A stretch of DNA of 64,000 nt from an uncultured Bacilli bacterium (GCA_910584085.1 CAJTZY010000006.1:668-64667), one strand, 5' to 3'. Positions 1 through 9,379 are shown, counted from the stretch's first letter. The notes: generated by a model not told the origin, from the letters alone. Translations and numbers: made by a program.

Positions 1-2
1 TA

Positions 3-239
3 TATGAGGAAAAACCAGTTCCAATATATAGTTATAGAACTGTTCCAAAACAAGAAGTAAAAGAAGAAAAAGTATATGATTATGTCGATGAGGCAGTATA
101 TAGTGATATAACAAAATATAGATCTAGAACATGTACTACTACTTTAGGACAACCTGATTATAAATGGAGTTTAAGCAAAAATGATACTGATTTAATAAAT
201 AAGAAGTATAAATTAACAGGAAATGTAAAGGAAGTTTAA
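3..239 (+). CDS. 3' end of a CDS that begins upstream of the window (hypothetical protein)
   Basis: Frame 3 is open from the window edge to TAA at 237-239. A terminator hairpin follows. No family recognised. Confidence 0.4.
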   Translation, partial: YEEKPVPIYSYRTVPKQEVKEEKVYDYVDEAVYSDITKYRSRTCTTTLGQPDYKWSLSKNDTDLINKKYKLTGNVKEV

Positions 240-243
240 AAAA

Positions 244-266
244 AAGTGTTTTAAACACTTTTTTTA
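244..266 (+). terminator. Rho-independent terminator
   Basis: AAGTGTT/AACACTT stem (244-250 / 254-260) followed by a T-run. Confidence 0.6.
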
Positions 267-342
267 CTTGTTTTTGTTTGACAAAGAAATTTCAATGTGT
301 TACTATTATTATAGTAAAATAGAATACCATAGGAGGTGAACT

Positions 343-762
343 ATGAAAGAAACATATATATTTGATTATGTTAATGAAAATGAATTTAGAAAACTTGAAA
401 GATCAATAAAAAAATATAATATGTTGGCATATAAAAAATTATATTTTGAATATTATCCAGCTTTAAAAGAGGGAAATTTTTTAGGTAAACTTGTATCAAC
501 AAATAAATCTAATAATACTTCTACATATGAATTAAAATTACCTACAGATGCCATGTTTTCAAAAGTTCACGGAGATATAAAGTTATATTATATGGTATAT
601 CATAGTGAAAAAATAGTTATGCTAGATAAGTTTGAACCTATGGAAATATTAAATGAAGGTCATGCATCTGAGCTTGTTACATACAAGGGTGTAATGGTAT
701 CAAAACAACATTCTGAAAAAGATATGTTTAAAATTAATTTGCTTAATATGATACAAAAGTAA
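343..762 (+). CDS. hypothetical protein (139 aa)
   Basis: ORF-track ORF with a strong SD (ataGGAGGTGaact) 6 nt upstream of the ATG. No family recognised. Confidence 0.6.
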   Translation: MKETYIFDYVNENEFRKLERSIKKYNMLAYKKLYFEYYPALKEGNFLGKLVSTNKSNNTSTYELKLPTDAMFSKVHGDIKLYYMVYHSEKIVMLDKFEPMEILNEGHASELVTYKGVMVSKQHSEKDMFKINLLNMIQK

Positions 763-791
763 AAAATATAGAAATTATTCTCTATATTTTT

Positions 792-2093
792 TTATTTTAT
801 TAAAACTTGTTTATCTATATTTGAAATATGTTTAGAATTTTCCGCTAATTCACTCATAATTACTTTCATTTCGTTTTTATCACCAGATGCATGAACTATA
901 TAATGTTTGTTATTTAATTTTCCAAGATATATCATGACATGACCTGTTTCATATAATAGTGAAGGATAATTATTAGATATTATATTTATCTTTTCAATGT
1001 TGGATTTATTACTTAAAGATATAATTTTCCCAACACTACTATTTTGACTAGATGTATTTCTTGGAAAGGTAAATCCAAAAGTTTTATATACATTAGCAAC
1101 ATAGCTAGAGCAATCTACACCCTTGTCCATACCACCCCAGCTATAATTAATATTTTCATATTTGAATGATTGAATATATAAATTTCTTTTAGTATATGGA
1201 AGATATCCAATATGTACATTATCTTTAGATATACTTATTTCGTTCTTACCAACATATCCATTTTTATTTTTTATTGGAATAATTAAATTATACCCATTTT
1301 TTGAAGTATTTATAAAGGGAAGTTTAACACCCATATCAAGTATAGTGTTTTGAATCTCAAAGCTGGGTGTTGTGATGATACCAAAGTCTTTATTTTTTAC
1401 AAAAAAATTATAATCATCCTCACTTGCAAGTGCGATATCACTTGTTTTTACCCATCCAGCGTATGTAGTAGATAAAACAAAATCCCATTTCTTATCCTTA
1501 CTTTCATGTAAAATTAAAATAGGGGTATTTACATATAACTCACTTTCTTGTAGAACATCAAAATTATACGTATTTTTTTCTTCAAAAAAGTGGATATCAG
1601 TAGGAAATGATTTTAAATTGGTACGATGCACAATAATACCTTTTTGTATTGTATTTTTATCCATAATTGAATCAATACTTCTATTTTCTAAAATTATTTC
1701 AATTTCATTTAGACTAACTTCAACATTTCCATTATACTTTGGTAAATCTGGAATTTTATAATAATTTATATAACTTAATATATCTGATTTAGAAACATTT
1801 TTAATATTATCTAAGTCATACATAGTATTAGATTTTGCCATAATATTTTTATTATATTTCTCTATTTCATTAGTAGTAAGTAATATATCGTTTACATCTA
1901 GTTTTTCTATAAACGGAATAGAATTTTCTGGAATAATTTCCATATGTTCATCTTTAAATTCATCTTTAACTATAATATTATGTTTTTCATTAGAACAACC
2001 AGTATAAATTAAGGTAAGTAATATACCATAAATTATTAATTTTTTCAATATAATCACCAAGTTTAGTATATAATATAATAATTGCTTTTTCAA
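792..2093 (-). CDS. NlpC/P60 (C40) cell-wall peptidase lipoprotein with SH3-like middle region
   Basis: Lipobox LIYTGC near the N-terminus. C-terminal NlpC/P60 signature YSWGGMDKGVDCSSYVANVY ... GHVMIYLG (catalytic Cys and His). Confidence 0.8.
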   Translation of the reverse strand: MKKQLLYYILNLVIILKKLIIYGILLTLIYTGCSNEKHNIIVKDEFKDEHMEIIPENSIPFIEKLDVNDILLTTNEIEKYNKNIMAKSNTMYDLDNIKNVSKSDILSYINYYKIPDLPKYNGNVEVSLNEIEIILENRSIDSIMDKNTIQKGIIVHRTNLKSFPTDIHFFEEKNTYNFDVLQESELYVNTPILILHESKDKKWDFVLSTTYAGWVKTSDIALASEDDYNFFVKNKDFGIITTPSFEIQNTILDMGVKLPFINTSKNGYNLIIPIKNKNGYVGKNEISISKDNVHIGYLPYTKRNLYIQSFKYENINYSWGGMDKGVDCSSYVANVYKTFGFTFPRNTSSQNSSVGKIISLSNKSNIEKINIISNNYPSLLYETGHVMIYLGKLNNKHYIVHASGDKNEMKVIMSELAENSKHISNIDKQVLIK

Positions 2094-2202
2094 TAATAAC
2101 AGTTAGTCAAAAATCACCAAATTATTTAAATTAGATTAATTATAGATTAATTAATTTTTAAATGTTATAATATAACTGTAAAAATGGATTGGAGAATTAT
2201 TT

Positions 2203-2481
2203 ATGGATATAGTTTTTGAACTTATTTTTGAATTATTAATAGAAGGTGGAATTGAAATAAGCGCTAATAAAAAAGTAAATAAGTGGATTAGATATTTTAT
2301 AATATTTTTGCTTGTAGTACTTTTTTCTGCCGTGATATTTGGTTTATTATTTTTAGGTATACTTATTTTAAAAAAAAGTCTACTTGGTGGAATATTCATT
2401 ATAACTATTAGCGTTATGATGCTTGTTTTAAGTATAATTAAGTTTAAAAAAATATATTTAAGTAAAAATAATTTAAAATAG
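2203..2481 (+). CDS. small integral membrane protein
   Basis: 92-aa ORF with two long hydrophobic segments. The antisense ORF 2151-2399 looks like a shadow. Confidence 0.45.
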   Translation: MDIVFELIFELLIEGGIEISANKKVNKWIRYFIIFLLVVLFSAVIFGLLFLGILILKKSLLGGIFIITISVMMLVLSIIKFKKIYLSKNNLK

Positions 2482-2577
2482 TAAAATAGTATAATATAAG
2501 ATAAAGGTTATGTAGCCTAAGAAGCCATTGATAAAATTTTAATTTGAAATTAGAATTATTAGTGAAAGGAGTTTTTT

Positions 2578-3375
2578 ATGCAAGACAAAAAGAATTTTGG
2601 AAAATATATATCAGAAAAAAGAAAGGAATTAGGACTTACTCAAGAAGAACTTGCAAATAGATTATATGTAATTCCAACTACCGTTTCAAAGTGGGAAAGG
2701 GGTATTACATATCCAGATATAACTATGATTACAGATTTATGCAGAGAATTAAATATTTCTGAACATGAGTTTTTTATAGCATGCGATGATCTTGCTGTTA
2801 GTAGGGAAAAGATGGAAGCAAAAAGATATAGAAATATTATAAAGGTAATTAATTATTCTTTTTCTGTAAGTTATTTAATTGCTATTATAACTTGTTTTAT
2901 TTGTAATTTAGCAATAGATCGTAAATTATCATGGTTTTTTATAGTACTTATATCTATTTTAATTTCATTTTGTATGACTAATTTACCTATTTATATAAAA
3001 AGGGATAAATTTAAAATAGTAAAAATAATAGGATTAATTCATATACTAACTTATTTACTTTTATTTGCAATTAATTTGTTTGTAGGTGGTTCTTGGTTTA
3101 TCGAATCCGCTATAATAACTACTTTTGAATTTGGATTGCTATGGATAGGAATTATAATTTGTAATTTTACTAAAATAAATGTATCATTTAAAATTAGTAT
3201 TAGTTTTATATTGCCTGCTATATGTGCAGTTTTGACAAATCCTATTTGTTCTAAAGTATTAAATATACCAAATGAAAATGATGATATATATAATAGAATA
3301 ATTGCTTTAATATTTTTAATTATATCTATAATAATGCTCTTTAATGGAACTATCTCGAAAAAACATAAAAAATAA
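2578..3375 (+). CDS. XRE-family HTH regulator fused to a multi-pass membrane domain
   Basis: N-terminal Cro/CI-type HTH (ISEKRKELGLTQEELANRLYVIPTTVSKWERG) followed by about 5 hydrophobic helices. SD gaaAGGAGtttttt precedes the ATG. Confidence 0.7.
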   Translation: MQDKKNFGKYISEKRKELGLTQEELANRLYVIPTTVSKWERGITYPDITMITDLCRELNISEHEFFIACDDLAVSREKMEAKRYRNIIKVINYSFSVSYLIAIITCFICNLAIDRKLSWFFIVLISILISFCMTNLPIYIKRDKFKIVKIIGLIHILTYLLLFAINLFVGGSWFIESAIITTFEFGLLWIGIIICNFTKINVSFKISISFILPAICAVLTNPICSKVLNIPNENDDIYNRIIALIFLIISIIMLFNGTISKKHKK

Positions 3376-3471
3376 AATATAAAAACTACCTTCAATTTGA
3401 AAGTAGTTTTTTCATTATAATATATATATTTAGTATATAGTATAAATTTTCCTTACAATAAGTATGATTAA

Positions 3472-4710
3472 TTATTTATTTTGTTTTAATTTTTTTAAGG
3501 CTTTAAATCTTCCACCGATTTCTTCAGTTTGCTTATCAATAATTTCTAGATTAGAATGTATATTATCATAAGCATCGTCTAATAGGTTGATGTTATTTTT
3601 TATTAATTCCATTATATTTTCAAAGCTATATATGATTTCTTTTCTAGTAAATGCTTGTTTTATATCATCATATAGTAATTTTTCAAATAAATGATTGGGA
3701 TCTGCATTTGACTGCGTTATTAGAGTTGATAAAGGTTTAATATCAAAATTACCTTTTCCATTTATAATAGATGCAGTATTTTCATCTATGAGATTTAATA
3801 CAAATAGATTAGTTGGATCATAACAAAATAGCTTGTCATTTTCTTCAACTAAAGTAATGGAATGATTTCCAGTTTGATTAATCATTCTTTTGAAAATACA
3901 CATTATTATACTGGTAAAGACTTTACTAGAAATATTACTTTTTACATTCCTTTCAATTTCTGGTTTATAATCGCAACTAATTGCTTCCTTTTTTGTAGGC
4001 ACTTTACATGAAAGTATTGCTGACTTTTTATTATTGATGGTTAAGTAATTATGTAATAATTCTGAATATGATAAACATACACCTTTACCTTTTATTACAT
4101 CAAAGGAATACATACCTGGTAATAGCAATCTTTCTTGTAATTTATAACAGTGTGATTTACTTACAGAATAATAACCATTCCACAACATATATGTAAATAA
4201 ATGACATTGATCTAAGGAACTATTTATATTAAGCTCATCTGCTAATAATTTATAGTTTTTTAATATTTCATTATAACTAATTAAAGATTCCTTATATAAA
4301 TCCCGATATTCTTTTTCACTATTACATGTAGTATATAACATAAGTGCTTGAACCAATCCACAGTTATAATCTGATGCTTCAATAATTGAAAGAAGTTCCA
4401 AATTTTCATTGTTTTTTCCTTTTTCTAAATCTTCATTTTCGTAATTTCCATCTTTTCTTTCTTCAGAAATTGAAATAAGTCTATATAAATCCCTAAATGA
4501 GATATTATTATTTTCTTCTTTTTCGCTAAGTTCTTTCTTTAAATCGTCAACCCTTCTTAATTCAATAATTTTTCTATATGCTAATAAAACTTGTTGATTC
4601 TTATTTAAGCCTTCAAAGTCTTTTCTATAATTATTTGTTTTTTCATCTATCAATTTATATTTGCCACTTATTTTATTGTTTTCATCCTTCATATTTTTTA
4701 CCTCCTGCAA
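3472..4710 (-). CDS. hypothetical protein, possible transglutaminase/papain-like Cys-His-Asp fold
   Basis: 412-aa ORF. Ordered motifs KGKGVCLSYSELL (Cys), GNHSITLV (His), FCYDPTN (Asp). Assignment rests on motif pattern only. Confidence 0.45.
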   Translation of the reverse strand: MQEVKNMKDENNKISGKYKLIDEKTNNYRKDFEGLNKNQQVLLAYRKIIELRRVDDLKKELSEKEENNNISFRDLYRLISISEERKDGNYENEDLEKGKNNENLELLSIIEASDYNCGLVQALMLYTTCNSEKEYRDLYKESLISYNEILKNYKLLADELNINSSLDQCHLFTYMLWNGYYSVSKSHCYKLQERLLLPGMYSFDVIKGKGVCLSYSELLHNYLTINNKKSAILSCKVPTKKEAISCDYKPEIERNVKSNISSKVFTSIIMCIFKRMINQTGNHSITLVEENDKLFCYDPTNLFVLNLIDENTASIINGKGNFDIKPLSTLITQSNADPNHLFEKLLYDDIKQAFTRKEIIYSFENIMELIKNNINLLDDAYDNIHSNLEIIDKQTEEIGGRFKALKKLKQNK

Positions 4711-4866
4711 TATTACTTTGCTTGCTAATTAATAATGTATTTTATTATAACTTATTTTATTTAAAATGTAAATATTAATGATAAAACTAGTAGGGATGAA
4801 ATTTTTAAGCGATTGCCATAGTGATATTGACTTTTTTAGTAAAAATGATAAAATATACAGCAATTA

Positions 4867-5622
4867 ATGGGGGATTGTATGGATAAAATAAAAATTAATA
4901 GGAACAATAATGAAGGACAAATAGATTTAAAATATGATAGTGAGCAATATAATATTGAATATGTTAAAAAAGAAGAAAAAATGATATTTGTTGTAAAAAG
5001 ATTAATTGATGATCGAGTAGTAAAAATATTTGATGATAATATAGGTTTTATCTTTCAATATGATGAAGGTAAGAATAGTCATTTTTTTGTATCATGTTGT
5101 GTGGGATATGACAATGGAAATAGACAATATAAACTAAGACAATACATCGATTATTATCATCTTTGCGATGAATTAATTTTAAATGAGGAAATTAGTGTTA
5201 ACGCATTCTATCTCGACGATTTTAATATTGGATACGATTCATCCTTTATGTCTATAGTTCAAGGAAGTTCTAGCAATAGTACGCGATATGGATGTTTTAG
5301 ATTTGGTGATTCTACTAGTATGATGCCATATTTAACTTTTTCTTTGAATGACCTAGCGAACAATATCGATAAATTAAATTCTACAAATTTAAGATTTTTG
5401 GCAAGTGAATTATTTATAAAAGGAAGAAGTAAAATGTCAATCGATGAATTAAGAGAACAAATGAAGAATTTATTACTAACAACAAAGACAATTGGAAGTA
5501 TCGATATTAATAATTGCCTTTCCGAAAATAATCCAGAAAGTAGTAGATTGTGGACAGTCGATGAATTTGTTGAAAAATATCAACCTTCTAAAAAAGTGAA
5601 AAAAATTGGCTCTAAGCAATAA
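4867..5622 (+). CDS. hypothetical protein (251 aa; start may be ATG 4879)
   Basis: ORF-track ORF followed by a terminator. No family recognised. Confidence 0.5.
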   Translation: MGDCMDKIKINRNNNEGQIDLKYDSEQYNIEYVKKEEKMIFVVKRLIDDRVVKIFDDNIGFIFQYDEGKNSHFFVSCCVGYDNGNRQYKLRQYIDYYHLCDELILNEEISVNAFYLDDFNIGYDSSFMSIVQGSSSNSTRYGCFRFGDSTSMMPYLTFSLNDLANNIDKLNSTNLRFLASELFIKGRSKMSIDELREQMKNLLLTTKTIGSIDINNCLSENNPESSRLWTVDEFVEKYQPSKKVKKIGSKQ

Positions 5623-5634
5623 TAAAATATAAAA

Positions 5635-5665
5635 AATAATATCAGTTTTTAGATATTATTTTTTA
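5635..5665 (+). terminator. Rho-independent terminator
   Basis: AATAATATC/GATATTATT stem (5635-5643 / 5652-5660) running into a T-run. Confidence 0.6.
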
Positions 5666-5833
5666 TAGCAATTTTATAAATTGATGCAATTAGGCATAGC
5701 TTTTTTTACTACATACACTCAAATAACTTTTCTAAAGAATGAACTCTATTTTAAATAATGAAAAAAGTTCATAATATCAAATATTATGAACTTTATATAT
5801 AGTTAATCGCCAAAGTGCGACTTTTAACCTCAA

Positions 5834-5851
5834 TGGTGCCCGAGAGAGGGA
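5834..5851 (-). other. orphan tRNA 3'-end-like fragment (possible relic att site)
   Basis: + strand tggtgcccgagagaggga is the reverse complement of ...TCCCTCTCTCGGGCACCA (T-stem 3' half + acceptor + CCA). No upstream tRNA body is present. Confidence 0.3.
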
Positions 5852-5863
5852 AGTACAACAACT

Positions 5864-6496
5864 TTATTTCTTTATAGTATTATTATAAAAAACTGTAGTG
5901 TCATAATTGCAATGTGGGCCTAATTGCTGTAATGTTTCATCACTTATTAAACAATAATCCAATGGATTCCTTCCTTTTTCTCTATTATAAATTCCATATA
6001 TAACATCATAATGTTTTGGCAAGCCATCAATAGTTATTATATTCCATATGTGTTTAACCCTATTTCCGTTTTCTAGTTCTCTTGTTTCACCTCTTATTGA
6101 TGTAGACTCTATGCCTAATTTTGTGCATATATCATTTATAACAGGTACAATTCCAGCACATATAGTTTTCTTTAATAACAATGGAGCATATTTATCACTA
6201 ACTTTTATTCCCCAATTATTATATATCTCAATTATTTGACAAGTGACGCTGCCATCATTATTATAATCAAGATTATGCTCATAATTTATATTATTTACTA
6301 ACCAATTAAATATAAATATCATTTTTTCTTCTTGAGATAAATCTAATGGTATTATGGAAATTAATTCGTCCAATTGTTTGTGATATTCTTCATCTAATTT
6401 TTTGATAAATGCATTCCACTCATTTTCAAAAATTTCTTTTGAAACGATTTGTCCCAAACTATTATAATAAGTTCTATTTTTGATTATAAATCCCAT
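5864..6496 (-). CDS. transglutaminase-like cysteine peptidase-fold protein
   Basis: 210 aa. Ordered Cys (KKTICAGIVPV), His (VKHIWNIITIDG) and Asp (KHYDVIYG) motifs typical of the transglutaminase core. Confidence 0.55.
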   Translation of the reverse strand: MGFIIKNRTYYNSLGQIVSKEIFENEWNAFIKKLDEEYHKQLDELISIIPLDLSQEEKMIFIFNWLVNNINYEHNLDYNNDGSVTCQIIEIYNNWGIKVSDKYAPLLLKKTICAGIVPVINDICTKLGIESTSIRGETRELENGNRVKHIWNIITIDGLPKHYDVIYGIYNREKGRNPLDYCLISDETLQQLGPHCNYDTTVFYNNTIKK

Positions 6497-6567
6497 ATAA
6501 AATCTCCCTTATATTGTATATTGTTTTTGACAATATGCAAGTTTCCTTGGCATATTCATAATATCAT

Positions 6568-6595
6568 AAAAACGACTTTTTTGACAAGTCGTTTT
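6568..6595. terminator. palindromic hairpin, probable original terminator of the tRNA operon
   Basis: AAAACGACTT/AAGTCGTTTT 10-bp stem with A/T runs on both sides. It lies just beyond the attL tRNA fragment. Confidence 0.45.
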
Positions 6596-6632
6596 CTATT
6601 ATTACTCGAAAAGTTCGAGTTTCATATCAATC

Positions 6633-6650
6633 TGGTGCGAGTGAAGGGAC
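6633..6650. repeat. attL core (duplicated 3' end of tRNA-Leu)
   Basis: tggtgcgagtgaagggac is identical to 57025-57042, the 3' end of the intact tRNA-Leu gene. Confidence 0.8.
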
Positions 6651-6710
6651 ACTATTCTAATGTTTTAATTTTCCTTTTAAATAAAGGGTTAAACAGGCAT
6701 TAATAATTAC

Positions 6711-6737
6711 TTTGGTCTTACTTTTGGTCTTGTTTTT
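6711..6737. promoter_or_regulatory. paired TTTGGTCTT repeats, candidate integrase arm-type sites (left arm)
   Basis: tttggtctta-c-ttttggtcttgttttt. The same doublet occurs at 56881-56907, with 16 nt (ttttggtcttgttttt) identical. Confidence 0.55.
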
Positions 6738-6740
6738 AAT

Positions 6741-7838
6741 TTATATATTCAATTTATTTAATAATTTTTCTTGTGAATTTGGATAGAGGTGTGAATATGT
6801 ATCTAATGTTATTGAAATATTTTCGTGTCCTAAATATTCACTAATTACACTAATTGGAACATCTTTATCAATACACATACTAGCAAATGAATGTCTAAAA
6901 TCATGTATTCTGATTCTTTTTTGAATATTTGCTTTTTTAATGTTCTTATCGCAATGATTTTTAAGAGTTGTTAAAGCTATATTATCAAATATCCTTCCTT
7001 CATCTTTTAAATCCATTTTTTTGAATGTATCTTTTACAATGTTTAGCATTTGTATTTTTCTGTTTGATTTATCGGTTTTAGGATCTGTTTCTTCTATATC
7101 ATATTTTTTATAGCGAGGACTATAGGTTTTGTCTATATTAATGGTATTAGATTTAAAATCAATATCAGATTTAGTTAAAGCTAGTAATTCTCCACGCCTC
7201 ATACCAGTATAAAATAATATTGTAAAAAAATTACGATAATCTATATCATTTTCGTATTGAATAAAATTATCAAATTCGTCTTTTGTAAGAAAATTCATTT
7301 TTTTACTTTTCTTTCCCTTTGGTTCTTTAAAATTATTAACCTTTATTATTACATTTTCTCTTATTCCAAAAAAGGTACAACCATGTTTCAGTAAAGATGA
7401 AAATGTTGTATAAATTCTTTTTTTTGTATAAATTGATAACTGTAATTGATTAATTTTATCTTGCCATTTTAAGATATCATTTGGAGTAATTTGTCCAACG
7501 ATTTTATTTTCAAAGTAGGAAAGTATATAATTTTCAATATCATCCTTATATTTTAGATATGTTGATAACTTTATCATAGGCTTTTTATGATTTAAATATT
7601 TATCATAAAGTTCTTTCAATGTCATTTCTTCATATTCATTATATTTTTTATTTTTTAACATATTTTCTTCTTGATATGCTTTCCAATATCCATCTCTTCC
7701 AAGCCACTCCTTATTGTGTTTTGTTATTTGTTTTCTATTTCCTTTTTCATCTGTTATGTAAGTTCTTATATAATATCTTTTTTGCCCATTTATTTTTTCC
7801 TTTTCTTCATATACTGGCATATTGCCATCTCCTTTCAA
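6741..7838 (-). CDS. int: tyrosine recombinase / phage integrase
   Basis: C-terminal catalytic region RIHDFRHSFASMCI ... GHENISITLDTYSHL (HxxR ... Y). Lies directly inside attL. Confidence 0.9.
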   Translation of the reverse strand: MKGDGNMPVYEEKEKINGQKRYYIRTYITDEKGNRKQITKHNKEWLGRDGYWKAYQEENMLKNKKYNEYEEMTLKELYDKYLNHKKPMIKLSTYLKYKDDIENYILSYFENKIVGQITPNDILKWQDKINQLQLSIYTKKRIYTTFSSLLKHGCTFFGIRENVIIKVNNFKEPKGKKSKKMNFLTKDEFDNFIQYENDIDYRNFFTILFYTGMRRGELLALTKSDIDFKSNTINIDKTYSPRYKKYDIEETDPKTDKSNRKIQMLNIVKDTFKKMDLKDEGRIFDNIALTTLKNHCDKNIKKANIQKRIRIHDFRHSFASMCIDKDVPISVISEYLGHENISITLDTYSHLYPNSQEKLLNKLNI

Positions 7839-7893
7839 ATTAGTTCGCTATATTAACATTAATTTATTTTTTTGTCAAATTGTCGAACAAATG

Positions 7894-7922
7894 TTTACTT
7901 TTTGATAAAATAATTATATAAT
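7894..7922 (+). promoter_or_regulatory. candidate sigma-A promoter for the two mini-ORFs
   Basis: TTTACT, 17-nt spacer, TATAAT. Confidence 0.35.
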
Positions 7923-8001
7923 AAATATGCAAATAAATCAATGGAATTTTTTGGTAAATTTTTCCAATTGATATAAAAGTATTGGAAAGGGAAGTGGTGT
8001 T

Positions 8002-8082
8002 ATGTATAATTTAAGAGTAGTATGTTGTATGTTGTTAGTTGTATGTTGTAAATCTAGATTAAATAGGAGTATGGCAGTATGA
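8002..8082 (+). CDS. 26-aa hydrophobic Cys-rich peptide (MYNLRVVCCMLLVVCCKSRLNRSMAV)
   Basis: Not in the ORF track because it is under 60 aa. SD-like AAAGGGAAGTGGTG ends 3 nt before the ATG. The coding sequence is built from a gtatgttgt nucleotide repeat. Confidence 0.3.
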   Translation: MYNLRVVCCMLLVVCCKSRLNRSMAV

Positions 8083-8171
8083 TAGTAGAATTATACATGA
8101 TACTACAAAGAGATGGTTTGTATGATGCTTTTATAGAGTATTGTACAAAGAAAAAAGGCACTATTGATTAG
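8079..8171 (+). CDS. 30-aa peptide translationally coupled (ATGA) to the preceding mini-ORF
   Basis: MIVELYMILQRDGLYDAFIEYCTKKKGTID. Its 3' end overlaps the convergent gene 8161-8649. Confidence 0.25.
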   Translation: MIVELYMILQRDGLYDAFIEYCTKKKGTID

Positions 8172-8649
8172 TGTCTTTTGATTTACTAAATAGACTTCTT
8201 TGATAATTACATAAAGCATCATCATACAATTTTAATTTTAAAGCATCTGTTATTATAGATGGTGTTTCGTAAGAACAAAGAGTTTCGATTTTATAATCAT
8301 AATATTTATTTTTATCAAAAAATAATCTTATATGTGCATAGTAACCATTTTTACTAGTTTTCTTATATTCAATAATTTTATATTTTTTATCTACAATGTT
8401 TTCAGCATTATAAACCTTAACTATTTCATTATTTGTTATATTTCTATTATTGAATTTTTTATATTTTGTTTTTCTGTTTATTTTCATAATAGCATTGGAA
8501 ATACCAACAATTATAGAACAAATTATTTTTATTCCATCGACAATCAAATATATTGGTATAAAAATCATTGCAGCCATACAACCAGACATTTCATTCAAAT
8601 CCTTTTTTGTAATTCCAATTTGAGTATAAAATGTTCTGCCTTTAGCCAT
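8161..8649 (-). CDS. membrane-anchored protein co-transcribed with the repressor (candidate superinfection-exclusion/Abi function)
   Basis: 162 aa with an N-terminal TM segment (AAMIFIPIYLIVDGIKIICSIIVGI). Its start overlaps the repressor stop. Function inferred from position only. Confidence 0.5.
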   Translation of the reverse strand: MAKGRTFYTQIGITKKDLNEMSGCMAAMIFIPIYLIVDGIKIICSIIVGISNAIMKINRKTKYKKFNNRNITNNEIVKVYNAENIVDKKYKIIEYKKTSKNGYYAHIRLFFDKNKYYDYKIETLCSYETPSIITDALKLKLYDDALCNYQRSLFSKSKDTNQ

Positions 8650-8992
8650 TTTTCTTATTCTCCTTTAAAGTTTCCACAACCAACATTGCCCTTTTAAAAT
8701 CCTCAACATCAAAATCTTGCCCTGCAATACTAATTCCTGCTTCTTGACATGCTATTTTAAGACGCTCTATTTTATCTAGATCATCTTGATTAAATCCTAA
8801 TAGGTAATCTGTTGTTACATTGAAATATTGTGCTAATTTGGTTAAAATATCATAACTTGGTTGAGCTTTGCCAACTTCCCATGCTGACACTGTAGAAAAT
8901 GTAACACCTAACATATCTGCCAATTCTGGTTGAGTAATTTTTTTTTCTTTACGCAATTCACGTAATCTATCTCCAAACAGATGAATCACCAT
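8642..8992 (-). CDS. CI-like XRE-family phage repressor
   Basis: HTH LRELRKEKKITQPELADMLGVTFSTVSAWEVGK. Divergent from the Cro-like gene. Confidence 0.8.
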   Translation of the reverse strand: MVIHLFGDRLRELRKEKKITQPELADMLGVTFSTVSAWEVGKAQPSYDILTKLAQYFNVTTDYLLGFNQDDLDKIERLKIACQEAGISIAGQDFDVEDFKRAMLVVETLKENKKNG

Positions 8993-9129
8993 CCTTTTCA
9001 GTTTTTTATATATACTTTAGTATATATAAATTATATCATAAAACCATCAAAAAGTATTGACATTTGTCTTTAAAAATCAAATTTTTTTTGAATTTTAGTA
9101 TAAAACTAAAAAAAAAATGTAAAAAGTTA

Positions 9130-9158
9130 TTGACAACTCGAAAAATATTTGATATTAT
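9130..9158 (+). promoter_or_regulatory. strong sigma-A promoter (rightward, early)
   Basis: TTGACA, 17-nt spacer with TGn, TATTAT. Confidence 0.6.
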
Positions 9159-9216
9159 TATATCGTAAGGTAGCAAGAGAACTACTTTGCAAGTGATAAA
9201 GTGGTGCTGATAGCAC

Positions 9217-9259
9217 AAAAAAAGAGTTAAGTCGAACCTGAGAAATTTGAACTTAACCC
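9217..9259 (-). terminator. Rho-independent terminator of a short leftward transcript
   Basis: On the minus strand: GGGTTAAGT ... ACTTAACTC stem followed by T7. Confidence 0.55.
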
Positions 9260-9324
9260 AAACAAACAAGATGAGAAATTATTTTCTCGTGACATTTATC
9301 TTGATAAGTGATAAATCTCTTATT

Positions 9325-9353
9325 TTGACATTGATGTCGTTTGAAAATAAAAT
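9325..9353 (+). promoter_or_regulatory. second rightward sigma-A promoter
   Basis: TTGACA, 17-nt spacer, TAAAAT. Confidence 0.5.
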
Positions 9354-9379
9354 CTCCAAAATATGTAGGAGCAAATTGC

